In this document: piece by piece, positions 22,305 to 33,368 of the stretch
How positions within the stretch are numbered: the first letter of the stretch is position 1
Layout of the letters: each line of letters starts with the position of its first letter
Assembly: GCA_034226945.1 (NCBI GenBank)
Contig: CP120455.1
Location: 372,001 to 436,000 of the forward strand
DNA length: 64,000 nt
Source: Picochlorum sp. SENEW3
Lineage: Eukaryota
Direction of reading: 5' to 3'
The notes under the pieces: model-generated
Seen by the model: the letters and a program-made list of their open reading frames with translations, nothing else
What the model was told of the DNA's origin: nothing
Database searches by the model: none
Made by a program: the position numbers and the translations under genes

Positions 22305-23459
22305 ATGTTTGAATGGTGGGTCAAGCGGAGGAGACTCGTGCTTGCTGGCCTTGCCGGGTGCGGAGCTGCTGCGTATGTGGCCTATACGTATTACTACCAG
22401 AACGAACCAGACGATAAGAACACTCAGCAATCGTCTGATGCTGATGACATAAAAAAGAAACATGTAGATGACGATACGGGTATTGAACAGAGGGACGCAA
22501 ATGCCCACATGGAACATCATTTTAATTCAATTCAGGAGATTGCACGGACAACGACGATACCCAGTTTGATGACTCAGTTATTTCAAAGTATTATAGAATA
22601 TGATGGTGTGGAGGATATGGTTGATCGACTGAAGACGGCTGCACAACAAAAGCATGGTTCCTTGACACTCAAGGACAAGTTGGACTTGTGGAATGGAGTC
22701 TTGGAACGCGTGGTTGCTCGATCTGTGGCGACTGTGTGGTTGGTTCCGATGGTTCATGCTCAGGTTCGAGTGCAGCTGAATGTGCTTGGAAGAAATCTGT
22801 ATGTTCAGTCGATGCTGTCTGAATCTGAATCTCATCGGGGTGTGAGCAGGCTGTCTGCAGCATCTCAGGAAGGGTTTTTGTCTATTGCTGAATACATAGG
22901 TAGTGAAGGGTATAGAAATATCATGGATTATGCAACTGAAGTCTCTAGAAAAGCGTTAGAAGGGGTGCAGAGTGCTGCAGACCAGGTTACTGTTGTGGAA
23001 TGGAATACAATTGTGTCTCAGGCATTGAGAGAGTTTGAAAATACATGTGCCAAGAATAAATGGTGGAGTGGCGCGATGTTGCCGCCTTCAGAGTATATTA
23101 GAAAACATGTGTTGAAATTAGATCGGCCTGATAATGCAGCGCTCATGTCTGGGTATCAGAATGGAGCATTAGATATTGATGCAATAGAAGCAATGTATAA
23201 AGAAACGGTGCATATTGTGCAGTCGGATGCCTGCTTTGAGTGTATTCGTACATCTGCGATGGTACTGTCTTCGATGATGTCAAAACATGTGATTGAACAT
23301 TTCGGGGGTAAGGGTGAACGATTTCCATTGGTGAAGATTGTGCCCGTGGTGGCAAATCACATCTCTAGTCTGTTGAATCAACAGGGTGAGTTTTATAGTG
23401 CTGTTGATCAAGAGATATCCCGGCTTGGCGCCATGGTGTATAGTGCGGGTGTTTCATAA
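22305..23459 (+). CDS. PEX3: Peroxisome biogenesis protein 3
   Basis: MFEWWVKRRR + TM segment; HFNSIQ, KLDLWN, RVQLNVLGRNLY, PLVKIVP. Confidence 0.92.
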   Translation: MFEWWVKRRRLVLAGLAGCGAAAYVAYTYYYQNEPDDKNTQQSSDADDIKKKHVDDDTGIEQRDANAHMEHHFNSIQEIARTTTIPSLMTQLFQSIIEYDGVEDMVDRLKTAAQQKHGSLTLKDKLDLWNGVLERVVARSVATVWLVPMVHAQVRVQLNVLGRNLYVQSMLSESESHRGVSRLSAASQEGFLSIAEYIGSEGYRNIMDYATEVSRKALEGVQSAADQVTVVEWNTIVSQALREFENTCAKNKWWSGAMLPPSEYIRKHVLKLDRPDNAALMSGYQNGALDIDAIEAMYKETVHIVQSDACFECIRTSAMVLSSMMSKHVIEHFGGKGERFPLVKIVPVVANHISSLLNQQGEFYSAVDQEISRLGAMVYSAGVS

Positions 23460-23470
23460 ATTATATTCTA

Positions 23471-24388
23471 TTATTGTAAGTCCATGTTGACTTGGCACCA
23501 TGCATCGTACCGTCGTTTCTTCTTCTTCTTCTTCTTCTTCCTAGTCTTCTTCTTGCCAGGCATGCTGCTGCTGTTTGGACACTCAACATCTCCATCTGCT
23601 TGGTGTTCCCAGCCAGTAGCTTCTTCTCCTCTCGTTGCGGAAGAATGAGTATTCTCAGGGAGTTGATCATCAGGGGAGGAGTTTGTATGACGGCGATGTG
23701 CATCAGTTCCATACAGCGATAATCCCCCTTCATGCCGAGAACTGCCTCCTACTGTGGATCCAGACAAAAGTCCTGACGTGGTCTGATGCCTGTGTGTCAT
23801 TTCCTCTCCCACCGACATGCTTCGTTCTAAATGTGTTCGCTGGATACCCAAATCCTGAGGTCGTACTTGTATGGCAGAGTCCTTGAGCCTCTGTGATATC
23901 CCCAGGGAATAATGCTTCCCATCTGGTTCGAGGATGCATATGGTCTGCTTGACCGGAATTATTATACTGGACTGGTCATTTGCCCCCCTCGAAGGGCTCG
24001 ACGGTGGAGCAAAAGACGACCTATCTCCTGACATCATGCGCTGTGCCCATGATATTGCCTCCCCTTGGGCCTGGGCATCTGGCACAGAAATGATGACGCT
24101 GCCACTCCGTGCAACACTCCCATAGCGATGCACGTGATTGTCATCCTCGACCACTTCAAACGGTGGTAAATGTATTTGGTTAGCACGGAGCCTATGTTGA
24201 GCTGAATATGAGGCGGAATCCATAGCAAGGTGTGATCTGCGATACAATTTGCAGGTGTGATACAGACCATACAGCATAACCAACACAAGCCCGGATCCAA
24301 GGATGCATAGGAGGACGATAATCGCTACGTTGGAAACATATGGATCGTCTTGGGTTTCACTCGGTGTAGCATCCGTTGTATTCTGCAA
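23471..24388 (-). CDS. Single-pass membrane protein with disordered tail, hypothetical
   Basis: One strong TM (VAIIVLLCILGSGLVLVMLYGLY); poly-K near the C-terminus. The ORF 5' end looks like a splice acceptor; first exon unresolved. Confidence 0.7.
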   Translation of the reverse strand: MQNTTDATPSETQDDPYVSNVAIIVLLCILGSGLVLVMLYGLYHTCKLYRRSHLAMDSASYSAQHRLRANQIHLPPFEVVEDDNHVHRYGSVARSGSVIISVPDAQAQGEAISWAQRMMSGDRSSFAPPSSPSRGANDQSSIIIPVKQTICILEPDGKHYSLGISQRLKDSAIQVRPQDLGIQRTHLERSMSVGEEMTHRHQTTSGLLSGSTVGGSSRHEGGLSLYGTDAHRRHTNSSPDDQLPENTHSSATRGEEATGWEHQADGDVECPNSSSMPGKKKTRKKKKKKKKRRYDAWCQVNMDLQ

Positions 24389-25397
24389 TCAACCATGTTT
24401 GTGTGAATACTATCAACAAGCACCCTCCAAAGAACAGGAAGACACGCACATCAACATCCATCATCACTGTGGCACTCGTCTCGTGATGAAATTATTCACT
24501 TAATTGTAGTAGTAGATGTACATAGTATCACATGCGCGAGGGTAGCTGCGAAACCGTCAACACGGGATGAGTGGCACAGGAAAGACGACACTGGTAGTTG
24601 GGAAACCTACGTCACGATGAACAACATATGGTTCTCCTCAATACCAGACAAAGAAACCATCTTTCAGTGTAAAATAATCTATCAGATTTTCTATCCATGT
24701 ACAAGACGATCGGCAATTGTCACAAGGTTCACCTGATGGTGCAATATTGCATTAATGCAGGGGCGGATCATCCAAATCTTGTAGATTGACATGCTTCACA
24801 GGGCAAGTTTTTTTTTATCGGGACATAGTCTGTGATCACTAGGATCAGATGACCAAACCTTTCTCTCACTTGAGTGTCTTGGATGAGTTGTTGCGTTGTT
24901 AAAGTCACTTTGGGAGCATGCATGCATGCATCTCGATGAGAACTCACAAAGAATAGCACTGTCAACCCATTGTTGTTTGGACAGATGATTCATTCACCAA
25001 AGCAAGATCCCTTCGTGGCGATAGAGCAGATAATTCGCTCCGTGTATCTTCTGACCCGTGCTTCTCATTCGCCTTGTGTTCCTTGCATCTCTCGGAGAGC
25101 TCGTGCGTGTGCAGGTGCTCTTAAGTGCGGTGCCTTGAGTAATGTTGGCCATGTGGTGCTAGAGGTACTAATGCACAGTGCCTTACACCTTCGTAGCTCC
25201 TGGTATCAGAATAGATAAGCCTTCTGTCTCTCGCAATTGCTCGCAATCCATAGTGCGCATAGTATCCCGAGACAAATGCATGCATTTGTACATTTTGAAA
25301 TTCAAATTCTGACCTGATTCTCAGATCCATTAATTCCGCACAGACAGACCGTCCATCCATACATTCAAATATATATGTATATTTTTTGCAAATTATC

Positions 25398-26633
25398 ATG
25401 CCTACAATACGAATAAAGCACACATCCCGGGAGGGGCCATGCTTGGAACTCCAGGCCACCGAGGCAGGGCTAACTGACGATGAATTTTGCAAGCAAACGA
25501 CAGCATTCAGAGAGCGAGAGGGCATTCAAAATGATATTATTATTATTTCAAAGGCAGAATCAGGAGTACGAGTCTGCCCAAATCGTATCAAACCCAGCCT
25601 GGCGGATGCGTTGTTATTTCGCTGGAAACAGAGTGTCCCAAAGGACAGACCTGTCTATGACGATGCCAACGCGTCTCCGCGTGACGTTGGTGACGAGAAC
25701 TCTTCAATAGATAACAGATCCAAGCCTCTATCTGGAGGTGATGAGCCTACAGAGAAACTCGCGCGAGATGTGTGCATGAAGTATTGGGCCAGGGCTCCTG
25801 TTTATGGTGACTTTGCGCTGTGTCGATCGTACCTGTCCAAGGAGGACGGCATGAAGAAAGCGCACGAGCTTGTTTTCCAGTTATGCAAGGAGAAGACATG
25901 GTTCGAGTGCAGAGAGTTGGCGAAGAATTCGACATTTTATACGACAGAGACACTCATGGAATACCTCACTTCGAGTCATATGACCGACTACAATAGACAG
26001 TCTAAAGCCAGTGTCCAGGAGACCATTGATTCAGATGGTCTCTGGTACTATAGATTCGGGCGTCATATTTTCGGCGCCGTCAAAAAGTACTTGAAGGGTC
26101 AAATGATGTTTCAAACTGTAGGGAAGGAGAGTCAGGATAAAAGCTTGTGGAAACTGAGACTCATGGTGTTGGAGAAGCTCCCTAAATGGTACGTTCCAGA
26201 AAAGTATTTGCCTGACTCTATATCGACAGATCCGTTTTCCGTGAGCGAGGAGAATTCGACGGCGAATGGTTCACACAACACTTCAGACATGCATCCCAAC
26301 TCTCATGGGAATTGGAGCATGTCCACGGATGACCCATACACCGATGAGCTACGTCGTCAATTGAACGAGGCACTCGATGAAAGAGATGATTTGTGGTTGA
26401 AACTCTACAACTTGGATTTGTTGTATGAAAAAACCAAATCTGAGCGGGATGCCTTGAAGAAGAAGAAGAATGAACTCGAAAAAGAATTGGAAAAACTCAG
26501 GAGACCACCACCTCCTCGTAAAAAACCACGACGAAGCGTACAAGAACGTGGTAACGCGTATGCTAAAAGGTACTTTACAGGGAGTGAGAGAAGGAGGAGG
26601 CCTCTGGAGCAAATACAGGAGCAAGGCAATTGA
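25398..26633 (+). CDS. Hypothetical protein with C-terminal coiled coil and NLS-like motif
   Basis: ~411-aa uninterrupted ORF; heptad-like ELRRQLNEALDERDDL...LEKELEKL; PPRKKPRR. Confidence 0.75.
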   Translation: MPTIRIKHTSREGPCLELQATEAGLTDDEFCKQTTAFREREGIQNDIIIISKAESGVRVCPNRIKPSLADALLFRWKQSVPKDRPVYDDANASPRDVGDENSSIDNRSKPLSGGDEPTEKLARDVCMKYWARAPVYGDFALCRSYLSKEDGMKKAHELVFQLCKEKTWFECRELAKNSTFYTTETLMEYLTSSHMTDYNRQSKASVQETIDSDGLWYYRFGRHIFGAVKKYLKGQMMFQTVGKESQDKSLWKLRLMVLEKLPKWYVPEKYLPDSISTDPFSVSEENSTANGSHNTSDMHPNSHGNWSMSTDDPYTDELRRQLNEALDERDDLWLKLYNLDLLYEKTKSERDALKKKKNELEKELEKLRRPPPPRKKPRRSVQERGNAYAKRYFTGSERRRRPLEQIQEQGN

Positions 26634-26773
26634 GCCAAAGCATTGCATGAGGCATACGGTTGTTAGAGCATGCAAGCAAGCAACCTATTCTTGATTTTTT
26701 TGTTTCAAATATTATTTTATTGCACAATATGACATAGTATCAAGTTGTAGTCCCTCTTTTCGACAAGAAAAGG

Positions 26774-27736
26774 ATGACGAGTTTTGTAATAATAACGACG
26801 AGGCCAGTCTTTTCGTTTGCTCCAAAACCCAGACATTCGTATCGCCCATGCATCTGTACACTACATGGAGAAATTAATAGAAGCAGAGCCAAGAAGAAGG
26901 GGCCACGGGAGAGACTAGAGCAACTGAGGACATTCCAAACGGAACATGGCCATGTCTCTGTTCCGTATTCTGATCCTTCTGGTCTGGGGCGGTGGATTGC
27001 TGAGCAAAGGCACAAGTATCAGAAGGGTCTTCTGGATGACGTCTTATACAGAGAGCTGATTTCACTTTGGATAGTATTGCGTCCTCTGGAAGCTCGTTGG
27101 GATGTCCGTTTCAAGCAGATTGGGGAATTTCATTCCAAGCATGGTCATTCCTTTATACAACAAAGGGACAATGTTCCTGATGGACTATATGGGTGGGTGT
27201 TACAGCAAAGACAGTTGAAAAAACAGGGTAGGCTGGATGAGTCAAGGGTGAAACGCTTGGATGCATTAGGTTTTGTTTGGGATGTTCAAGCTCATATTTG
27301 GCGACAGAATATGGAGTGTTTGAGAGAGTTTTATGAAGAGCATGGGCACTGTCGTGTTCCTACACGATGGAAGAATTCTCCGCGATTGTATTCTTTTCTG
27401 CGGAGGGTCCAGAGTAGTAGCAAAAAGGGATTTGAGGATGTGCCATATGCAACACAGGAGGATGTGAAGAAACTGCATGCTTGGGGGGCTGTAAGAAGGT
27501 ATCGTAAGTCATGGCATCAACGGTATGAAGACATGTGTCGTGTCAAAGCAGAATGTCAGAAGAGTGGGAGAATACCATACCAGTATTTGAAAGATAGCGG
27601 ATTGGCAGCATGGGCTAGGAGTCAACGGTTTGTCCACAGACAAGGGCTCCTGTCTCAAGAACAGCACAAGCTGTTGGATACTATGGGCTTTGATTGGGAG
27701 GGTTCTGACTGGTCCTGGTTGACAAACCGGTCATAA
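26774..27736 (+). CDS. Helicase-associated (HA) domain repeat protein, probably organelle-targeted
   Basis: About four repeats of F..EHGH..VP...L..W...QR...L...L..LGF.W; no helicase core. Confidence 0.88.
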   Translation: MTSFVIITTRPVFSFAPKPRHSYRPCICTLHGEINRSRAKKKGPRERLEQLRTFQTEHGHVSVPYSDPSGLGRWIAEQRHKYQKGLLDDVLYRELISLWIVLRPLEARWDVRFKQIGEFHSKHGHSFIQQRDNVPDGLYGWVLQQRQLKKQGRLDESRVKRLDALGFVWDVQAHIWRQNMECLREFYEEHGHCRVPTRWKNSPRLYSFLRRVQSSSKKGFEDVPYATQEDVKKLHAWGAVRRYRKSWHQRYEDMCRVKAECQKSGRIPYQYLKDSGLAAWARSQRFVHRQGLLSQEQHKLLDTMGFDWEGSDWSWLTNRS

Positions 27737-27774
27737 TATCCAAGGGCATCTTCTTCTGCCTCTTGGATATTATG
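27732..27774. repeat. Inverted repeat spanning the HA-gene stop codon
   Basis: CATAATATCCAAG/CTTGGATATTATG (13 bp perfect) plus GGCA/TGCC. Confidence 0.9.
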
Positions 27775-28481
27775 CAGAGAAGTGGAGGCAGCGTGGCCCT
27801 ATCATGGGCGCCCGAAACGGTGCCTAGGGCTTGACAGCAAAGTTTGTCCCTGGAGCGTCTGCTGACTCAAGGATCCGGTCAAGGCACCGCTTCGATAGGA
27901 CCCCGTTGATGAATAATCAATCACATCTTGGACTAGGGCTAGGGTAATTATGCATCCCTTCTGCAGGGTTGATGGATTTCCGTGGAGACGGCACCACTGC
28001 ATAATAAATTATTATATCCTCGTAGATTTGCAACATTCTGCAGTAATTAGCAAGAGAATACCTGCTATTCTTGAGGCATTCGTGTTGCAACGTGTAAAAT
28101 AGTGTCAACTGCAAGTGACACAGAGATTATCCCAAGGAGTGAAAGGTATGTCTTCGATGCGAAATAGAACTTGATGTGCACATAGTGTGTGCATATGATA
28201 CTGTAAGGAAGCATTTCGCTCAGCAGTGTGAGGAATTGCCGCCATCCTCAAAAGCCCTAGATTTGCCAATGCACAAGGGCATGGCACGAGGTTGCCGACA
28301 CGCATTTTGCTCCTCCCCGCCCGCATTGAATGTTTTTGAGGGATGACATGATGAAATTAGTACATGCATATGTGCTATATTTGGGTTCGAGACTTTGAGG
28401 CCGATGGAACCCTAACCCTAGCAACTGTATGCTTGCAGAGTTAGTTTGACGTCACGTATTCGCAGAAAATAAGTTACAGCC

Positions 28482-30137
28482 ATGTCTCTCTCCGAGAACG
28501 TAACCGCTACGTACTTTACGGACACATATGGTGGCTCCTACGCTGGGGCCGCCGTCATGGATGCCACTGATGCTGACAACGCGTGGATGCTCCAGTCCGG
28601 TTACATGGTGTTCTTTATGCAAGCTGGATTCGCTATGCTTTGTGCTGGATCTGTCCGTGCTAAGAACGCCAAGAACATTATTCTTCTGAATATTTTGGAT
28701 GCATGCCTTGGATCCCTTTGCTGGTATGCCACTGGATATGCATTTGCATATGGTGACCCTGTTGAGAAGACATGGTACACTGACTGCGCCACTGGAACAA
28801 CCACAACTGACGAACTCCCAGATGCCGAGGCCTACGAAGGTGACTGTACCAATGCTGAAGCTTCATGTGTTTGCGCTGACACCAACACTGGTGTTTTCAC
28901 TCTGACAACAAGCGTACCACCAGGAGGTTTCACATCCACTCAGAAATTCATCGGAAACAGATACTTCTTCTTGACCAACACCGAAGATGTCGCTGATTAC
29001 GCCTTCTGGTTCTTCCAGTTCACATTCGCTGCAACAGCCGCTACCATTGTGTCTGGAGCAGTCGCTGAGAGATGCAGACTCTGGGCCTACCTTTCATATG
29101 AGTTGATCCTTGTGTGCTTTGTCTACCCAGTGGTTGCTCATTGGGTCTGGTCTGGATCTGGATGGGCTTCCGCCTTCAATGTCAATAAGCGTCTTTTCGG
29201 AGTTGGAGTACTTGACTTTGCTGGTGATGGACCTGTTCACATGGTTGGTGGATTTGCTTCCCTTGCTGGTGCCTGGATTCTCGGTCCACGTATGGGTCGT
29301 TTCGATGCTGACGGTAAGCCAGTGGATATGCCAGGACACAATGCTTCATTGACCCTTCTCGGTGTGTTCTTCCTGTGGTTCGGATGGTTCGGTTTCAACC
29401 CAGGATCCACTCTTGGCATTGCTGGATACTCTGGACTCGCTGCCCGTGTTGCCATCAACACCACCTTTGGAGCTGCCACAGGAGCCCTTACCACTCTGTT
29501 GATCGTCATGGCCTGGACCAAGGTGACCACCGGAACATCTGTTGTTGATCTCATCATGGTTGGAAATGGAGCACTTGCTGGACTTGTGTCTGTTACTGGA
29601 CCATGCGGATGGATGGAGGTCTGGGCTGCCATTCCAACTGGAATCATTGGAGCTTTCGCCTACGTCGGATCCTCCAAGTTCATCCTCAATGTTCTGAAGG
29701 TTGATGACCCATTGGATGCCATTGCCGTCCATGCTGGAGCTGGTATCTGGGGACTCCTCGCCACATCAGCCTTTGCCACTGAAACTCTTGCTGCTGCTGG
29801 AAACAACTACGGTTTCATCATGGGAGGAAACGGAAACCTCCTCGGATGCCAGATCGTCATCATCTTGGCCATCTTCGCCTGGGTGATGGGTATCATGACT
29901 CCATTCTTCTTCCTCCTCAAGAAGGCCAACATGTTCCGTGTCCCACCAGAGGTTGAGTCTGCCGGTTTGGATGTGTCTCATCACGGAGGATCCGCTTACC
30001 CACATGACCCAGAAACCGCAAAGGGTGCTGGAGCTGGTGTGTCAGTCACAGCTGAGATGATTGACAAGAAGATTGAAGAAGCTCTCGCCCGCAATGCTGG
30101 TGTCAAGCCACATGAGAGGGCAACCATGGAGGCATAA
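28482..30137 (+). CDS. AMT1: Ammonium transporter, AMT1 family
   Basis: FFMQAGFAMLCAGSVRAKN, FQFTFAA, YPVVAHWVW, DFAG..VH, WFGWFGFNPGS, DDPLDA..VH; strong codon bias; intronless. Confidence 0.98.
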   Translation: MSLSENVTATYFTDTYGGSYAGAAVMDATDADNAWMLQSGYMVFFMQAGFAMLCAGSVRAKNAKNIILLNILDACLGSLCWYATGYAFAYGDPVEKTWYTDCATGTTTTDELPDAEAYEGDCTNAEASCVCADTNTGVFTLTTSVPPGGFTSTQKFIGNRYFFLTNTEDVADYAFWFFQFTFAATAATIVSGAVAERCRLWAYLSYELILVCFVYPVVAHWVWSGSGWASAFNVNKRLFGVGVLDFAGDGPVHMVGGFASLAGAWILGPRMGRFDADGKPVDMPGHNASLTLLGVFFLWFGWFGFNPGSTLGIAGYSGLAARVAINTTFGAATGALTTLLIVMAWTKVTTGTSVVDLIMVGNGALAGLVSVTGPCGWMEVWAAIPTGIIGAFAYVGSSKFILNVLKVDDPLDAIAVHAGAGIWGLLATSAFATETLAAAGNNYGFIMGGNGNLLGCQIVIILAIFAWVMGIMTPFFFLLKKANMFRVPPEVESAGLDVSHHGGSAYPHDPETAKGAGAGVSVTAEMIDKKIEEALARNAGVKPHERATMEA

Positions 30138-30460
30138 ATTGCATGCATGTATCAAGATGCCAAACACAACCAAGAGATTATTATTATTTGATTTTCTCAA
30201 TCACATTGTCCATCAGGGAATGATCATGTGAGACAGGTTGTTGTATGTATGTGTACCATCATGTACAATTATACAACTTCTTGATTTTTTTTGCAACAAC
30301 TTGTAACATATATACCATTTTAATTCCCGTCCACACCAAGTGTTTTATTATTATTATTGTGTGCATGGAGTCTATCTGGTGATTACATGAGGATTAGAAT
30401 TCTGCATATATATACCTACTATGTGATGATGATGATGACATCATTGTGATGATTAGAGCA

Positions 30461-31602
30461 TTACTCGGTCGCCTTCTCCTCCTCACGCCCATCATTGTCT
30501 TGCAAATCAGTCGTCCACAGAGTAAGGTTATCTCGCAACAACTGCATAATCAATGTGCTGTCCTTGTATGACTCTTCTCCCAGTGTGTCCAGCTCAGCAA
30601 TTGCCTCATCAAATGCCTGCTTGGCCAAATGGCATGCACGCTCTGGAGAGTTAAGAATCTCATAATAAAACACTGAGAAGTTCAATGCCAATCCCAATCG
30701 GATAGGATGGGTTGGTGGAAGATCCACCAGGGCAATATCCTGAGCAGCCTTGTATGCCAACAGTGTCTGCTCCGCAGCATCCTTTCTCTCCCCTCCAGTC
30801 TTGAACTCGGCCAGATACCTGTGATAATCTCCTTTCATTTTCAAATAAAACACCTTGGACTCCCCATTCGATGCTGTTGGAATCAAATATTCATCCAACA
30901 GAGACAAGATGCTGTTGCAAATATCCTGCAACTCCTTCTCAACAACCTCCCTGTACTTTTTGATTCTCTTAACATGCTCATCATTCCCTTTGGATTCCTC
31001 CTTCTGCTCAATACTTGAGATAATCCTCCATGACGCACGACGAGTCCCAATCACATTCTTGTACGCAACAGACAACAAGTTTCTCTCCTCCACGGACAGC
31101 TCTTGCTCTTGCACCATCATGGCCACCTTTTTCATCTCAGTAACCTGAATGTCATGACATGTACATAAAATCATTGAGTATATATCCTCCAGCACAGAAA
31201 AGAAAACGGTCCAACGCCAACGCTCCGGTCGTGCCAACAATCACAACCCAAACGACGTGTACCCACGTCACAACCACCCAACCCATACAGTCCGCAATGT
31301 AAAAATATCCATAGTAAATCATGAAACAACCTGATGGCGATCCCATGGAGGGGACACAGAACCAAGGAATGATTCCTCAGGGATCCGTGTTTCCGAGGAC
31401 AGACCATCCTGTTCCCGCATGTACACCCCAAACCACATCCAATACCACATAGAAAATCACATGGGCGAGCAGTCAACACCAACAGAGAACCAGGTCTCAA
31501 CGGAGGCCAAATCAACGGCTACCACGCACGCACCATCTCATCGTATCGCTCAGCCTGTTCGGCCAACTTGGCCATGTACACGCACTCTTCTCTATCAGCC
31601 AT
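30461..31602 (-). CDS. 14-3-3 protein
   Basis: Exon 1 31602-31534 [23 protein letters not shown]; intron 31533-31145; exon 2 with [12 protein letters not shown] and [18 protein letters not shown]. Confidence 0.98.
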
Positions 31603-31881
31603 TGTAAATAAATGTGTATTTACATACTACTGCATCGACGGTATCCCTGGGACCTGATTGATCTGATTTCTCGGTTACTCTGTGTCAGATCGTCCGATCA
31701 AATCATTGGTTGAAGGGACATGGTGCTATCGATTGATTCTGGAAGAGAGATGCCAACACTTGTTCTTCTTCTTGTTCTTGTTCTATTTACAATCATCACA
31801 CATACACGTTTACATAACATATCAATGGCGATCCCATCTCCATTCAATCATTAGAAGATTGGGGTTTCGTACTAGGTATAC

Positions 31882-32321
31882 TTATTGCTGCTTGGGAAAT
31901 GACTGTGGTGCCCAGCGCTGAGAAGGAATTGGTCCTGCAGGCGTGGCATGACGAACTTCCAGAGATGTGCTCTTGGCAAACACGAGCGATCCTACTGCAG
32001 CAAGACCTCTGCACAGCATTTTCACATACAATCATGGTCAGTCGTTGGATCCATATAGGGGCAGGGTAGATATTCACGTACATGACGGCAATCAGGGTAT
32101 TCCTCCTCCAGTGTTTTGGGTCTGGAAAGAAACCTCCCGCTGGGGACCAAATCTCTGCACATGATACGGATGATCCCACTGTGATGAATTCTCTCATATG
32201 ATTGGATGCTATATGCTCTTGAATTAGTTCACTGTATACATGAGACAAGGAAAAATAGAGCAAGGAAGAAAAATCACGACGGACCTTTTGGTGCGTGTAA
32301 ATCTCCTCCACCGCCTCCCAT
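31882..32321 (-). CDS. Mitochondrial complex I accessory subunit KFYI/NDUFC1 (NUUM-like)
   Basis: Exons 32321-32285, 32154-32082 and 32008-31882 give MGGGGGDLHAPKEIWSPAGGFFPDPKHWRRNTLIAVIGLAAVGSLVF...PIPSQRW. Confidence 0.85.
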
Positions 32322-32700
32322 GGTGGTGCAAGAGTAGTCTCTAGGTATAAATATTTAGTATTAATGGGGTTTCTGTCGGCGTGATGGGGAGGATATGCAT
32401 GGAGGGATGGACTCGAGAATCGCAGTTGTTTTAATTCCGAACTCTGGGATTAAGATATTCGTTGTTTTCCCAATGGGATCCCATGAGTGACTTGTGCAAG
32501 CACTGTTGCTCAGGTCTTGGCATTCGTAATTCACTAGACGTAGCACAACAACAACAACAAGAAGAGTAACGTCAAGGTGGCGGTCTCCTTGGACGAGGGA
32601 GTACATGTATTGATTTGATTTCAACAGTGCTTGCCTTTATTATTTAGAGCATTATCTAGAGTATCTGGTATTTGGGTCATTTATTGATTGATTTGAACCA

Positions 32701-33271
32701 ATGGATGGGCTTCCGAGAAGAATCATCAAGGTATGTTGGTTGCAGGGTTTTGTCTTTCTTCTCAACCCTGGTTGAAGGTGTTGTTCTTGTACATATCCTC
32801 AAGATGGGATGCGTCTTGATACGGACCAGTATGAATGGTATGCAGGAGACGCAGCGCTTGATTAGTGAGCCAGTGGAAGGTATTAGTGCTGCTCCAACAG
32901 AGGAGAATATGAGGTATTTCAATGTGATTATATTGGGTCCAGGCTCATCTCCCTATGAGGGAGGTGTGTACAATCTGGAGCTATTTCTTCCAGAAGATTA
33001 TCCGATGGCGGCACCAAAAGTACGGTTTTTGACCAAGATTTATCATCCCAATGTGGACAAGCTGGGGAGGATATGCCTGGATATATTGAAGGATAAGTGG
33101 TCTCCTGCATTGCAAATTAGGACAGTGTTGTTGAGTATTCAGGCGTTGATGAGTGCTCCGAATCCAGATGATCCATTGGATGAGAATATTGCAAAGCATT
33201 GGAAGACAGATGAGGCAGGTGCGATGGAGACGGCACGGGAATGGACCCGTATGTATGCATGCAAACAGTAG
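32701..33271 (+). CDS. UBC13: Ubiquitin-conjugating enzyme E2 N
   Basis: Exon 1 [10 protein letters not shown] 32701-32730; intron 32731-32845; [32 protein letters not shown]. Confidence 0.97.
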
Positions 33272-33368
33272 TAGGTGTTATTATTACAGTAAAAAATATT
33301 GCGTGTTTACATTCTTTTCGTGTAAGTGACTACAATGATGCTATTTCATGCGTGTATATCTATCCTGT

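Noticed and set aside
28380..28400. GGTTCGA T-loop-like motifs (also ~39405)
   Set aside because: No cloverleaf or A-box context; not tRNAs.
28408..28421. CCCTAACCCTA as a telomerase RNA template
   Set aside because: It lies ~60 nt upstream of the AMT1 ATG with no surrounding telomerase-RNA-like structure; more likely a telo-box-like promoter/UTR motif.
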